Shown here: piece after piece, positions 29,523-39,224 of the stretch | Layout: the number at the start of each line of letters is the position of its first letter | How positions within the stretch are numbered: position 1 is the first letter of the stretch | NCBI GenBank assembly: GCA_963794325.1 | Contig: CAWCDG010000006.1 | Coordinates: 64,001-128,000 of the forward strand | Direction: 5' to 3' | Length of the DNA: 64,000 nt | Source: an uncultured delta proteobacterium | GTDB lineage: Bacteria; Desulfobacterota; Binatia; Binatales; Binataceae | Position numbers and translations under genes: made by a program | The notes under the pieces: generated by a model | What the model was told of the DNA's origin: nothing | Database searches by the model: none | What the model saw: the letters and a program-made list of their open reading frames with translations, nothing else

Positions 29523-31931
29523 ATGGCAAGAATTGTGACATCTCCAGTCGCCAGCGGCGCACCCGGCATCCCGCCGCGATGGACCCGCAGCGCCAAAGAC
29601 GCGGTCTGCACTGCCTATTCTTCGGTGAGCCGCATATGGTTCACCACCTCGGCCGGTGTCCTCGACGAGATTTATTTTCCGACTATCGATCAGCCGCAGG
29701 TCCGCGATCTCCAGTTCTTGATCACCGACGGCCAGAGCTTCTTTCACGAGGAACGCCGCCACCTCCATTCCGTGACCGAGTATCTCGACGCCACCGGACT
29801 CGCGGTTCGAATCGTCAACCATTCACCCGACGGCCGCTATCATCTTCACAAGGAGGTCATCACCGATCCTCATCAGCCCACCCTGCTCATCAACGCTCGC
29901 CTGGAAGGCGATCCTGAGCTGCTGAAGAAACTCCACCTCTACGTTCTGCTCGCGCCGCATTTGTGCGTCGGCGGATGGGGTAACAGCGGCTACCTGACCA
30001 GAATCGTCGGCCACGAATTTCTGACCGCGAACAAGAACGGCGTGTGGCTGGCTCTGGGAGCCATGACGCCATTTCTAAGGACCTCATGCGGATACGTCGG
30101 CAATACTGACGGATGGCAGGACCTCAGCGCCAATTTCAAGATGGACTATCAGTTCCCCGCCGCGATCGACGGCAATATCGCACTCACTGCCGAGATCGAT
30201 TTGCGCAAGGGCTACTCGTTCACGCTTGGCCTGGGATTCGGCCGCGAGCTCAATCGCGCCGTGACGACATTGTATCAGTCGCTCGCCGAGCCGTTCCCGA
30301 TGCATCGCACCCGCTTCCTCGAGCAATGGAATCGCGCGTGCAGCCATATCGTTCCGCTCGATAAATTCTCCGGCGACGGTGGCGCTCTCTATCGCCGCGG
30401 AACGCAGCTGCTTCTCGCCCACGAGGACAAAACCTATCCGGGCGCGCTGATCGCGTCGCTCAGCATCCCGTGGGGCGAGGCCAAGAGCGACGAAGACCTT
30501 GGCGGTTACCATCTGGTCTGGACCCGCGACATGGTCAACAGTGTTGTTGGCTTGGCCGCCACCGGCGACTATGCCACTGCGCTGCGCGCTCTCATTTACC
30601 TCGCGTGTGCGCAGCGCGCCGACGGCGGTTTTCCGCAGAATTTCTGGATCGACGGCCAGCCATACTGGAACGGCATTCAGCTCGACGAAGTCTCGTTTCC
30701 GATAGTGCTGGCGTGGCGGCTGCACAAGTACTCGGGGCTTAAGGATTTCGATCCTTATCCAATGGTGTTGCAGGCGGCTCACTTCCTGGTCGACAACGGG
30801 CCGCCTACGCCACAGGAGCGATGGGAGGAGAACGCCGGCTACTCGCCTTCGACGCTCGCCGCCAATATCAGCGGGTTGATTTGTGCGGCCTGCTTCGCGC
30901 GCGATCGCGGCGACCTGGTAACCGCGCAATTTCTCGAGGAGTACGCCGACTTCCTCGAGGCGAACATCGAAACCTGGACGGTCACCAACCACGGCTTTCT
31001 GGCCCCGGGCATCAAGCGCCATTACGTTCGCATCAATCCGATCGACGTCGCCGATCCCGACGCCGACGAGAGCCTCGAGGGCAAGCTCGTGCCGATTCGC
31101 AATCGTCCGCCCGGCGCGCAAACCGATTTCCCGGTCGCGGAAATTGTCGATGGCGGATTCCTCGAGCTGGTGCGTTATGGGATTCGCAAAGCCGGGGACC
31201 CGCTGATGGAGGATTCGCTGCGCGTCATCGACGCCGCGCTCAAAACCGACTTTCCTGCCGGCCCATGCTGGCGGCGCTATACGCACGACGGCTACGGGCA
31301 GCGCGACGACGGCGGGCCATTCCTCACCTGGGGACGCGGGCGCCCGTGGCCGCTGCTGACCGGCGAGCGCGGGCATTACGAGCTTGCCGCGGGCCGCGAT
31401 CCGACACCTTATCTGCAGGCGATGGAACGATTTGCGAATTCCACGCAGCTGCTGCCTGAACAAATCTGGGACCAACCCGACCTGCCGCGGCGATTGCTGA
31501 AATACGGCGGCCAGACCGGCAGCGCGACGCCACTCATGTGGGCGCATGCCGAGTATATCAAGCTGCTGCGATCGGCTTCGGACGGCCGCGTGTTCGACAC
31601 GATCGACGAAGTGAGAGACCGCTACATGAAGCCCGGACGAAAGCCGAGCCGCCTGATGGTCTGGAAATCCAATCGCCGCGTGCGATCGATTTCACCCGGC
31701 GATCGCTTGCGCGTTCAAGCGACCGCGCCGTTCGCACTGCATTGGTCCAACGACGAGTGGCAGCACGTCAATGACACCGGATCGACTTCAACGCCGATCG
31801 GCTTCGAGTACGTCGACATCGAGGCCGCTGTGAGCGCCAAGGCACCGATCCGCTTCACGTTCAAATGGCGCGACACGGGCAACTGGGAAGGCCGCGACTA
31901 CGCCGTCGCGATCGCGGAACCTAACCCCTAA
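29523..31931 (+). CDS. Glucoamylase/glucodextranase (GH15)
   Basis: IASLSIPWG, GYHLVWTRD, QLDE, QERWEE, LPEQIWD and LMWAHAEY motifs. Confidence 0.93.
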   Translation: MARIVTSPVASGAPGIPPRWTRSAKDAVCTAYSSVSRIWFTTSAGVLDEIYFPTIDQPQVRDLQFLITDGQSFFHEERRHLHSVTEYLDATGLAVRIVNHSPDGRYHLHKEVITDPHQPTLLINARLEGDPELLKKLHLYVLLAPHLCVGGWGNSGYLTRIVGHEFLTANKNGVWLALGAMTPFLRTSCGYVGNTDGWQDLSANFKMDYQFPAAIDGNIALTAEIDLRKGYSFTLGLGFGRELNRAVTTLYQSLAEPFPMHRTRFLEQWNRACSHIVPLDKFSGDGGALYRRGTQLLLAHEDKTYPGALIASLSIPWGEAKSDEDLGGYHLVWTRDMVNSVVGLAATGDYATALRALIYLACAQRADGGFPQNFWIDGQPYWNGIQLDEVSFPIVLAWRLHKYSGLKDFDPYPMVLQAAHFLVDNGPPTPQERWEENAGYSPSTLAANISGLICAACFARDRGDLVTAQFLEEYADFLEANIETWTVTNHGFLAPGIKRHYVRINPIDVADPDADESLEGKLVPIRNRPPGAQTDFPVAEIVDGGFLELVRYGIRKAGDPLMEDSLRVIDAALKTDFPAGPCWRRYTHDGYGQRDDGGPFLTWGRGRPWPLLTGERGHYELAAGRDPTPYLQAMERFANSTQLLPEQIWDQPDLPRRLLKYGGQTGSATPLMWAHAEYIKLLRSASDGRVFDTIDEVRDRYMKPGRKPSRLMVWKSNRRVRSISPGDRLRVQATAPFALHWSNDEWQHVNDTGSTSTPIGFEYVDIEAAVSAKAPIRFTFKWRDTGNWEGRDYAVAIAEPNP

Positions 31932-32126
31932 CAAGAAAGTTAAGCGCCTGCGCGGCGGGCGGCAGGGGTGACCCCTGCACCCAGTATTAAGAAAAAGATG
32001 CGGGACGGAGTTTACCCTGAGTACTCGTAGGGTCCCTGTTAGAAGTTTTTCGAGGTCGAGGATCACAACCTCCCCTTGTCCGAGGGGAGGTCGGCGCACG
32101 CCGAAGGAGTGCGACGGGAGAGGTGC
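31918..32126. repeat. Repeat cluster: truncated family A (31918-31932), family B reverse (31945-31984) and further palindromes (about 32008-32035 and 32068-32126)
   Basis: AACCTAACCCCTAAC; CGCCTGCGCGGCGGGCGGCAGGGGTGACCCCTGCACCCAG; ACCTCCCCTTGTCCGAGGGGAGGT. Confidence 0.75.
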
Positions 32127-32258
32127 AGCGCTGGCTGTCGCAACAACACCCGTTGTGCTGCAGTCGAGCGGCGACTCGCACTCTCTCCCGAGCAGCGGCT
32201 TACGAATCGTTAATAACCAAATCCGCGCGCGTTCGTACTGCTGCGTGGAGGGATAGCG

Positions 32259-32366
32259 ATGAGTGTCAAAGATCCTATCGTACGCGACGCGGTTGAGATG
32301 CGGCTGGTGTTCGCATTGCTCGTGCTGATGGCTCTCCTGATTGTCGAGAGTTGCACCGGATTCTAA
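32259..32366 (+). CDS. Putative 35-aa membrane small protein
   Basis: GGAGG RBS 7 nt before ATG; MSVKDPIVRDAVEMRLVFALLVLMALLIVESCTGF*. Confidence 0.45.
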   Translation: MSVKDPIVRDAVEMRLVFALLVLMALLIVESCTGF

Positions 32367-32505
32367 TCCGTAGCTGTCGGCCGAAAATGAAATCGCCCGG
32401 CTCCATGAGGAACCGGGCGGTTTGAGCGAGGCTCGCGAGCTTCCTAGTGCGTGTGCAACGCCGGGCGAGCGGTCCAATGCTCGCTCGACCGAACCCGCGT
32501 CCCGC

Positions 32506-33006
32506 TTACTCGTACAGTGCCGACTCGGCCGCGGTCAGAGTCGTTGGAAAGCTTATTCCCAGCAGAGTGTGGCTTGGCAAAAAAATCTTGTTGGTGGCAT
32601 CATATCTCAGACTGATCTTTACCTGGTCCTGGGTCGGAACTATCGTGCCGTTCTCTACGGTCACACCGTCGCTCTCATAGGATGCGATAGTGACCGTCAG
32701 GTTGCCGTCGTTGATGGATGGAGACAATAGCGCCGCCGCCGCAGAAGGCACTGCAGCTGGCCCATTTTGGCCCAAGCTCCCGGGATTCACAGCGGCATAG
32801 CGCGCAAGGGCGGCTGACCCTTGGCTGACTGCCAATGCGACCTGACCGATCAGCGCGAATTGGATGCCAATCAGCATCACGGCTAACGCCAGGACCGAGA
32901 TCATCGCGAATTCAACAGCCGACTGGCCGCGGCTCATTCGGCTTACGCACCGACGCCGATCGCCGCCCACTCTCGCATGGTTCCTCACGTCAATTCGACC
33001 AATCAT
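32506..33006 (-). CDS. TadE-like minor pilin
   Basis: RG|QSAVEFA prepilin motif, hydrophobic helix and ARYAAV; GGAGG RBS. Confidence 0.85.
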   Translation of the reverse strand: MIGRIDVRNHARVGGDRRRCVSRMSRGQSAVEFAMISVLALAVMLIGIQFALIGQVALAVSQGSAALARYAAVNPGSLGQNGPAAVPSAAAALLSPSINDGNLTVTIASYESDGVTVENGTIVPTQDQVKISLRYDATNKIFLPSHTLLGISFPTTLTAAESALYE

Positions 33007-33023
33007 ATAATCCTCCAACTCTC

Positions 33024-34073
33024 TCACTTGATCAGAACGTCAGCGACCAGTGCCCCAAAATCCGGCGCCGTCGAACTTGAGATCGTGTCCTGGGTGATCT
33101 CTTTCACGAAACATCCGTTAATGCTGGTACTGGTGGTCGTAGTTGGGTCCAAATGCACGAGCGCAAAGCCATAGATCGTTAATGCGGTGCTTTTCCCGTG
33201 AAGTCCGGTGAAGTCCACGGTCGGAACGATCACCATGCACGGATCGTTGAGCGGGATGTCAGTTGGGTTCGTGCCACTGCAGGCGTCGGGTATGGTCGGG
33301 CACTTAGCCATCCGGTCCGACACAGTCTTTTTTACGTTCGCATTTTGACCGACGTTACCTGTTTCCGTGTAAATCTGGTTGTTAGGGGGGTAGATGGAGA
33401 ACGTGGCCGACGCGCCATTTGAGATAGCGTCCTCCAATACTGGAACGCCGCCACCCTTTCCTCCACTAACATCCAGCCATTGCCAATTGCCCGTTGCGAG
33501 ACCGCCGACAAACTTCGAGCCAAAGTGGACCGATTCGCCACCGACCAGGGATCCCTCGGGACAGGGTGCGGCGCATTGAAGCCCGACCGGGAACAGACCC
33601 GTGCCTCCCGCCAGAACGGTTCCGACAACTCCGGGCGCGTTCGCGGTGCCGCTGGCGGTCACCTGGTAGGTATTCATCGATACGCCGGGGATGATATTGA
33701 GCGCCTTCGCGAAGAAGTAGGGATCGGTTTCCGTCGCCACCACCAGGAGACTGTTCGGGTTTGGCTCGCTGACCGTAACGCCATTCCCAGTGTTAGCTAG
33801 CGCTGGATCGTTGGTCATCGCGTAGGTACATGCGGCTTCCTCGGCGTTGTCGCCCGTACAGCCGGCGGCAATAGTGCCGCCATAGGACATCCCCGAACTT
33901 AAGAAGTTCGCACCGGCGACCGCGGCGGCGTCAGCAGTCTTCTGGACGCGCTCCCAGTTCGCGTACATCAGTGCGACATCGGATCCAAGGGCGACAGCGC
34001 CGAGCAGGATCGCAATGACACCGGCATAGAGCACTGCTATCTGACCACGGGATTTATCGCGTGTCTTGTTCAT
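33024..34073 (-). CDS. TadG-like pilus tip protein (Tad N-terminal domain)
   Basis: RG|QIAVL...LGSDV...QKTADAAAVAGA; Cys-rich C-terminus. Confidence 0.85.
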   Translation of the reverse strand: MNKTRDKSRGQIAVLYAGVIAILLGAVALGSDVALMYANWERVQKTADAAAVAGANFLSSGMSYGGTIAAGCTGDNAEEAACTYAMTNDPALANTGNGVTVSEPNPNSLLVVATETDPYFFAKALNIIPGVSMNTYQVTASGTANAPGVVGTVLAGGTGLFPVGLQCAAPCPEGSLVGGESVHFGSKFVGGLATGNWQWLDVSGGKGGGVPVLEDAISNGASATFSIYPPNNQIYTETGNVGQNANVKKTVSDRMAKCPTIPDACSGTNPTDIPLNDPCMVIVPTVDFTGLHGKSTALTIYGFALVHLDPTTTTSTSINGCFVKEITQDTISSSTAPDFGALVADVLIK

Positions 34074-34187
34074 AGACCAGTCTCCCTCTGTTCGTTCAGC
34101 AAGATTGCCGAAACCGTACCCTGATTAATCGAGTCTCAGACCTTCCCGCCCCTCCGGTACTAAAAAGCCGGATTGGCCCACCAAGCA

Positions 34188-34204
34188 AGCAACCTGAATG
34201 CCAA
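34188..34204 (-). promoter_or_regulatory. Sigma54 promoter of Tad cassette 2
   Basis: Minus strand TTGGCATTCAGGTTGCT. Confidence 0.75.
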
Positions 34205-34515
34205 TAAGGGCAGTTGCGGCATAACCCGTCTATTTGAGCACTTTTTCTTCATATCGTAGGTAAATCATACAACAGGAGTAGCGAGAATGCCACTACTTGT
34301 ATCACAGAGGCAGCGTTAATTTGACCGAAACGTGACAGAAACGCCGAATTAGATGAAGTTTCGTGTCAAAATTCGTCGAGCTACGTTTTAGATTAACCCC
34401 GCCAGGCTAGAAGGAATGACCTCCAGGTTCACTGGAATTCCTGTCTTCCCGGTCCGAAGTGCACCAGACTTGATTGTGCGCGAACCCACAGGTCGCGGGC
34501 GCTGCTATTCTCTGA

Positions 34516-35949
34516 CTATTTCGACAGCCGCAGAAGGATCTTCGCCGCGATCTCCTGGAACACCTCGTTCAGGTGTGTAGAGTCGGATGCAAATACTGCC
34601 TCTCCCACCGGCAGGCTCGAATCGAAGGTGCTGGCGGCAGGATCGTTGGCGACCTCTCTCAGGAATTCCTGGGCCGCAGGTTGACCAGTGATCGCCGTTC
34701 CCATGCCAATCGCGTAAACGTAGGTGTCCTGGTGCAGCATGCCGACCTGAGCGGTTCCCCCATTCCACTGTGCGGAGTAAGGGTTCGCGTTTGAGTTGGT
34801 GGAGATCAGAACTGAGCGATACATCGCGTCGCTGTTCGGGGTTAGGCCCGACGGTCCACCGCACCAGTTGACGTTCGTGAGCTCTTCAGTCGATCCGGTC
34901 TGCAGATCGGGAAAATTCTGTGGATTGTTCGCGGCCGATAACGACCCACAGCCGCTAGAGGGTGCATTGCAGGTATTGTTTGCGGTGCAACTGCTGGGAT
35001 TAAAAAACACGATATTGCCGGAGCCGCACAGACCCGCAAGCGACTCATCGCCCGGATCGCAACCGCAATACAGCAGGTTGGCGGTTGAGACACTTTTCGT
35101 GCCCGGCTGACAGGTCAGAGTGTCCTGTTGTATGTTCGGCCAGCCGTCGGTGAAAAATACCACCACTCGCAACAGATTCGACGTTTTGGGAACCAAAAGG
35201 ATCTCTTTCTGTCCGGCCGCCAGCCCCGCTTGTGAATTGGTGTAGTTGATAGCTCCGCCCGCCCAGAAATTTGTAGCCATCGCAGTGCTAATTTTGCTCT
35301 GGAAAGGCGAGGCGTTGGGAACCGTCACGGTTGCGTATGTTCCAAAAGTGATCACTGAAACCGTATCGATAGTGTCGCTATCGGTCGAAGTGCCGTTGAA
35401 GTCCGCGATGAAGTTGTTGACCGCGGATGAGAGCGCCCCCGAGCCGCCATTCTTCGTCATGGAGTACGACACATCCAGGACCACCGACATAACCATCGGG
35501 TTGCGTTGAGCCGTGGCAGATGCGCTAACATTCAAGGTGTTGTAGGCAGCGCCGAGAATGCGGATGAAGTAAGTGCTGATCGTGGCCGTGGCGCTGACGG
35601 TGACCAGCGTGTTGTTATTGGCGTCCAAAGAGAAGCATACGCTGGGCGTCGGTATAGTACCAAGGTTCGGTACCGACTGATAGTTGATATTGAACTCCTT
35701 ATCCGCGGCCAGTCCAGCCACACTGGTTATATTGCAAGTATATCCGCCCGTTCCCTGACTGACGTTCTTCATCGCGACCAGCGCGGCAGCGTCCACCGCT
35801 TTGCCGAGGGTCGTCTTGGTGACGTAGGCAAGGCCGAGGTCAATCGCCACACCGACGAAAACGAAGAGTACGACCACGGACATGATAAAATACACCCCAA
35901 TTTGCCCGCGCCCGCTTTTTTCTTTTTTCGCTCGATGCGAGAATTTCAT
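34516..35949 (-). CDS. TadG-like protein with vWA domain
   Basis: RG|QIGV...AIDLG...AVDAAAL; MIDAS motifs VLDVSYSM and FFTDG; VYAIGMG. Confidence 0.9.
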   Translation of the reverse strand: MKFSHRAKKEKSGRGQIGVYFIMSVVVLFVFVGVAIDLGLAYVTKTTLGKAVDAAALVAMKNVSQGTGGYTCNITSVAGLAADKEFNINYQSVPNLGTIPTPSVCFSLDANNNTLVTVSATATISTYFIRILGAAYNTLNVSASATAQRNPMVMSVVLDVSYSMTKNGGSGALSSAVNNFIADFNGTSTDSDTIDTVSVITFGTYATVTVPNASPFQSKISTAMATNFWAGGAINYTNSQAGLAAGQKEILLVPKTSNLLRVVVFFTDGWPNIQQDTLTCQPGTKSVSTANLLYCGCDPGDESLAGLCGSGNIVFFNPSSCTANNTCNAPSSGCGSLSAANNPQNFPDLQTGSTEELTNVNWCGGPSGLTPNSDAMYRSVLISTNSNANPYSAQWNGGTAQVGMLHQDTYVYAIGMGTAITGQPAAQEFLREVANDPAASTFDSSLPVGEAVFASDSTHLNEVFQEIAAKILLRLSK

Positions 35950-35965
35950 TTGGTCTCGGCCCCCC

Positions 35966-36529
35966 TCAAAAATACGCGATGTTGTACAATTGCGTAGGGA
36001 AGCCAATGGCGTTGTTCGTCATGGCTCCGATACCCGTGGCTGGCGAGAATGAGTAGAATATCTCGGTGGTGTACAGTTTCTGGCCGGTCTGGAGCGCCGG
36101 CGCTCCGGCTATAACGACGCTACCGCCGCCGCTCGGCGCGACCCTGCTGGTTGCGGAAATACCCGTCGCCGATTTCTGTTGTTCGAGCACTTTATAATTA
36201 CCGCCAGCTACGGGTGTGGTTTGGCTGAATTCCGTAACGATTACTCGACCATTGGTCGACAGACCCAAACCGGAGTCTCCCGCCAAGAGGTCTGCGGCGG
36301 ACGTGCACAAATTGTCGCACGATGGACTACCCGCCACGCGCGATGCCAGATTTGATCCTTGCCGGCTCAGTTCGGAGATGACCTGGAGGTCATGCATCGC
36401 GCGACCAAAATCGATCGCTGAGCACATAAACAAGAGGAGGAAGGTCGCCACAAACGCCAACTCCACCATCGCCTGACCGCTGTCCTTGGCGGTGAGATGT
36501 GCGCGGACTGAGCTATAACGCAGTGACAT
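35966..36529 (-). CDS. TadE/TadF-like minor pilin
   Basis: SG|QAMVELA...IDFG...SRQG. Confidence 0.85.
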   Translation of the reverse strand: MSLRYSSVRAHLTAKDSGQAMVELAFVATFLLLFMCSAIDFGRAMHDLQVISELSRQGSNLASRVAGSPSCDNLCTSAADLLAGDSGLGLSTNGRVIVTEFSQTTPVAGGNYKVLEQQKSATGISATSRVAPSGGGSVVIAGAPALQTGQKLYTTEIFYSFSPATGIGAMTNNAIGFPTQLYNIAYF

Positions 36530-36542
36530 TTTCCCTCGCTCC

Positions 36543-37100
36543 TTATTTGGTCTGCGATGGATCAAAGGGTTCATTCTGGAAGGTTGTGCTGGATGTGAAG
36601 GTGTAACCGGCGGGAAATAATCGTCCAACCAGCGGGGTCAGCAACGGTAAGGTCGTGACGAGCTTGAGCGTTACGGTGAATTGCGGGCCGCCCGCCGCAC
36701 CGGCCGTGCCCGAAGGATTCGTGGAGTCGTAGCATGCGGCGGTCGTCCCCCCCGGCGGAACGCTGCAAATTGAAAGTTTCGAAACATCTACACCAGGTAC
36801 GCTCACCTCGCTCTGGATGTTGGAAATAATCGATGATATTCGGGTCCCGCTCCCTCCCGATTCCTGTCCGGTGGAGGCATATCGCCCGCCATCGTCGATG
36901 GCCTGCTGCACGTTCATTTGCGCGAACATCAGCCACCCATAGTCAATCACCGCGAAGAGCATGAAAAAGAAGAGTAAGCTGACCATGGCAAATTCGACCG
37001 TGCTCTGACCCTTCGCCGATCCTGGTAGCAAAGGCTGGGATTTAAGATTGGACGGGATAGAGCCGGCCCGGTCCGATCCGCGACACTCAAACCAGTCCAT
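36543..37100 (-). CDS. TadE-like minor pilin
   Basis: KG|QSTVEFA...IDYG...GGRYA and C-terminal FQNEPF. Confidence 0.87.
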   Translation of the reverse strand: MDWFECRGSDRAGSIPSNLKSQPLLPGSAKGQSTVEFAMVSLLFFFMLFAVIDYGWLMFAQMNVQQAIDDGGRYASTGQESGGSGTRISSIISNIQSEVSVPGVDVSKLSICSVPPGGTTAACYDSTNPSGTAGAAGGPQFTVTLKLVTTLPLLTPLVGRLFPAGYTFTSSTTFQNEPFDPSQTK

Positions 37101-37125
37101 GCGGTTTCCCCCAAGAATCAGACTG

Positions 37126-37142
37126 AGCAACCAGAGTGCCAA
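37126..37142 (-). promoter_or_regulatory. Sigma54 promoter of Tad cassette 1
   Basis: Minus strand TTGGCACTCTGGTTGCT, near consensus. Confidence 0.8.
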
Positions 37143-37773
37143 GGGGCGGGTCCGGCAGTTCCGGCCTATTTTTGGGCGTTTCTTCTTCAAATTGTAGGAC
37201 AATCATACAACAAGAGTGGCGGGAGTGCCACTACTTGTAGCGCAGAAGCATCACGAATTCCCTGCGCTATTTGCCCGCCTCGCCTCTTTCGGGTTGTCTT
37301 CATGTGACTGTGGCACCCCTTATTGTTGGCGACATCTGCTTCGAGATCGCGGTGGTCAGCGTATTTGCTGGTGAGGGGTGCCGGACACTGCTAAACTCCT
37401 TGATGCCTAGCCTTGATATCACGTGTCCTTCTGTATAGCTGGTCTGCAATAGATGACCGGCTGAAGGACAGCTCGCGATGTAAAAAGATGCTTAAATCTA
37501 ACATACTGATAATTAATGTAGTAAGACTGACGAATTAGGTCAAGAACCGATGGTAGCAGCTATGCTACTTTTTGTAGAAGAAACTATCGATTTGCAGGCA
37601 TTAGGGGAGGGCCGATCGAAGTAACCAATCTAATACTAGAGCAGTGTCAATAACGAATAGACATAAATTCAGTCTCTTCGTAGGGTCATCGGGCCAAAGC
37701 ATAGCATTAACAGGCGTTTAGCCTTCGTAACCGGCAAATATCCGCGTCCGTATTCAAGGCAGGAGAGACGCTT

Positions 37774-37989
37774 ATGAAAATCTACACAACCGTAATTGCC
37801 GCGATGTTTGGGCTCCTGATGATGGCGATGCCGAATATCGCCTCCGCCGAGGTGTTCGTTCGACCCGTGCATCCTGTCGTAGTTCAACGGGTGGTGGAGC
37901 AGGCTCCGTTCACGACTATCGAGTACTACCGGCCGTGGGCATGCGCGAATCCGCGGTACCGCCATCATCATTGGTGGAGATGCCACTAA
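37774..37989 (+). CDS. Small secreted protein (71 aa)
   Basis: AGGAG RBS; signal peptide ending ASA; C-terminal WAC.NPRYRHHHWWRCH. Confidence 0.75.
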   Translation: MKIYTTVIAAMFGLLMMAMPNIASAEVFVRPVHPVVVQRVVEQAPFTTIEYYRPWACANPRYRHHHWWRCH

Positions 37990-38020
37990 ACTGACTACGC
38001 TCCGTCGTAGTCAATCAAAC

Positions 38021-38058
38021 GGAGACGCGGGCGGAAAAGGCACCGCCCGCTCTCTCTC
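38021..38058. terminator. Hairpin between convergent genes
   Basis: GCGGGCGG-loop-CCGCCCGC with GAGA/TCTC flanks. Confidence 0.55.
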
Positions 38059-38064
38059 CAGAAT

Positions 38065-38301
38065 CTACCGCTCCCGTAGCCTTTCGATTTGGAACTGGTG
38101 CGACAGCGATGTCATCATCGCCTCGATTTCGTCGCGCGAGTCCGCCGAGAAGTAGATCCTCAAATGGTGACGCACGGGATCTTCGGTCCGGAGCGTCGCG
38201 AGATTGTCGTAGGACTCGACGATCGACTTGAAGAGCACGATCTGCTCGGGGGGTATCGCGATCAGCATCGAGGCTATCGTCGGCGTCGTTTTCTGGCTCA
38301 T
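38065..38301 (-). CDS. DUF4911-like small protein
   Basis: I.LFKSIVESYDNLATLRT.D motif. Confidence 0.7.
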   Translation of the reverse strand: MSQKTTPTIASMLIAIPPEQIVLFKSIVESYDNLATLRTEDPVRHHLRIYFSADSRDEIEAMMTSLSHQFQIERLRER

Positions 38302-38339
38302 GGTTTACTGCGTGCTCCGCGAGCCCTACATTCTAGCCG

Positions 38340-39224
38340 ATGACGCTGCCGCGGGTCTTGTTCGTAACCGGCAAAGGCGGAACCGGCAAGAGTACGGTTG
38401 CCGCCGCGCTCGCACTTGCCCTGTCGCGGCGGCGTCCAACCACGCTGGCCGACCTGGATTGGAGGCTGTCGGCGGCCGCGGCGCTTGGCGCGATTCCACA
38501 GAACTCGACCGCGGTCAAAGTTACTGATTCGCTCGACGTGATCGCACTGGCGGCCAGCGCCGAGCTCGAGGCGTTCATCGAGCGTATCGTGCCGATTCGC
38601 GCCATCTCCCGCCGGATGCTCGGCAGCCGCACCTTCGGCTACGTCACGGCGGCGCTGCCGGGGCTCGAGGCTTTCCTGCTTCTGGAACGGCTCCGGATAA
38701 TGGCGGGAGACGCGGCGCTCGAGGATCGCTATCTAGTGATCGACGCGCCCGCGTCGGGCAGCGCGGTCGAGCTGCTCTCGGTCTCGTCGGGCGTCAGGAA
38801 CATCGCGCCGGTCGGCACGCTGAACCGGCTGGCGGACTCGATCGACAGCTTTTTGAGAGACGTGACGCGCTTCGGGGTCGTGATCACTACGACGCCGGAA
38901 GATCTTGCGGTGCGCGAGGCGCTCGAGACCGCTGCGACGATTCGCGATCGGCTGGGAGTTGCAACCGTCGCGGCGATAATGAACTGCGTTCCCGATTTGC
39001 TCTTCGACACTTCGGAACTCGCTGCGATGAGTCCGCTGCCAGGCCACGCCCGCCTGGCGGTGCGCCGAAACTGCGCGCATGAGAATGCGGCGCTGGTCGC
39101 GCCTCGGTTCGCCGACGCGGGTATCCCGACCGTCAATCTACCGATGATGTTCACGCCAGCGATTGGCCATCGCGAGCTCGAGAAGCTCGGCCGCGTGCTC
39201 GACGCGAAGCTGCTCGACCGATGA
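38340..39224 (+). CDS. ArsA/Get3-like ATPase (subunit 1)
   Basis: VTGKGGTGKST, ALPGLE, VIDAPASG and TTPEDLAVRE motifs. Confidence 0.88.
   Translation: MTLPRVLFVTGKGGTGKSTVAAALALALSRRRPTTLADLDWRLSAAAALGAIPQNSTAVKVTDSLDVIALAASAELEAFIERIVPIRAISRRMLGSRTFGYVTAALPGLEAFLLLERLRIMAGDAALEDRYLVIDAPASGSAVELLSVSSGVRNIAPVGTLNRLADSIDSFLRDVTRFGVVITTTPEDLAVREALETAATIRDRLGVATVAAIMNCVPDLLFDTSELAAMSPLPGHARLAVRRNCAHENAALVAPRFADAGIPTVNLPMMFTPAIGHRELEKLGRVLDAKLLDR

Noticed and set aside
31788-32477. 229-aa ORF with a CheW-like VILDLEKLL fragment
   Set aside because: Runs through a cluster of palindromic repeats and overlaps the GH15 end; the similarity is too short to support.
37300-37390. GGCACCCCT...AGGGGTGCC inverted repeat as a riboswitch (e.g. 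c-di-GMP)
   Set aside because: No recognisable riboswitch consensus; cannot be supported without an Infernal search.
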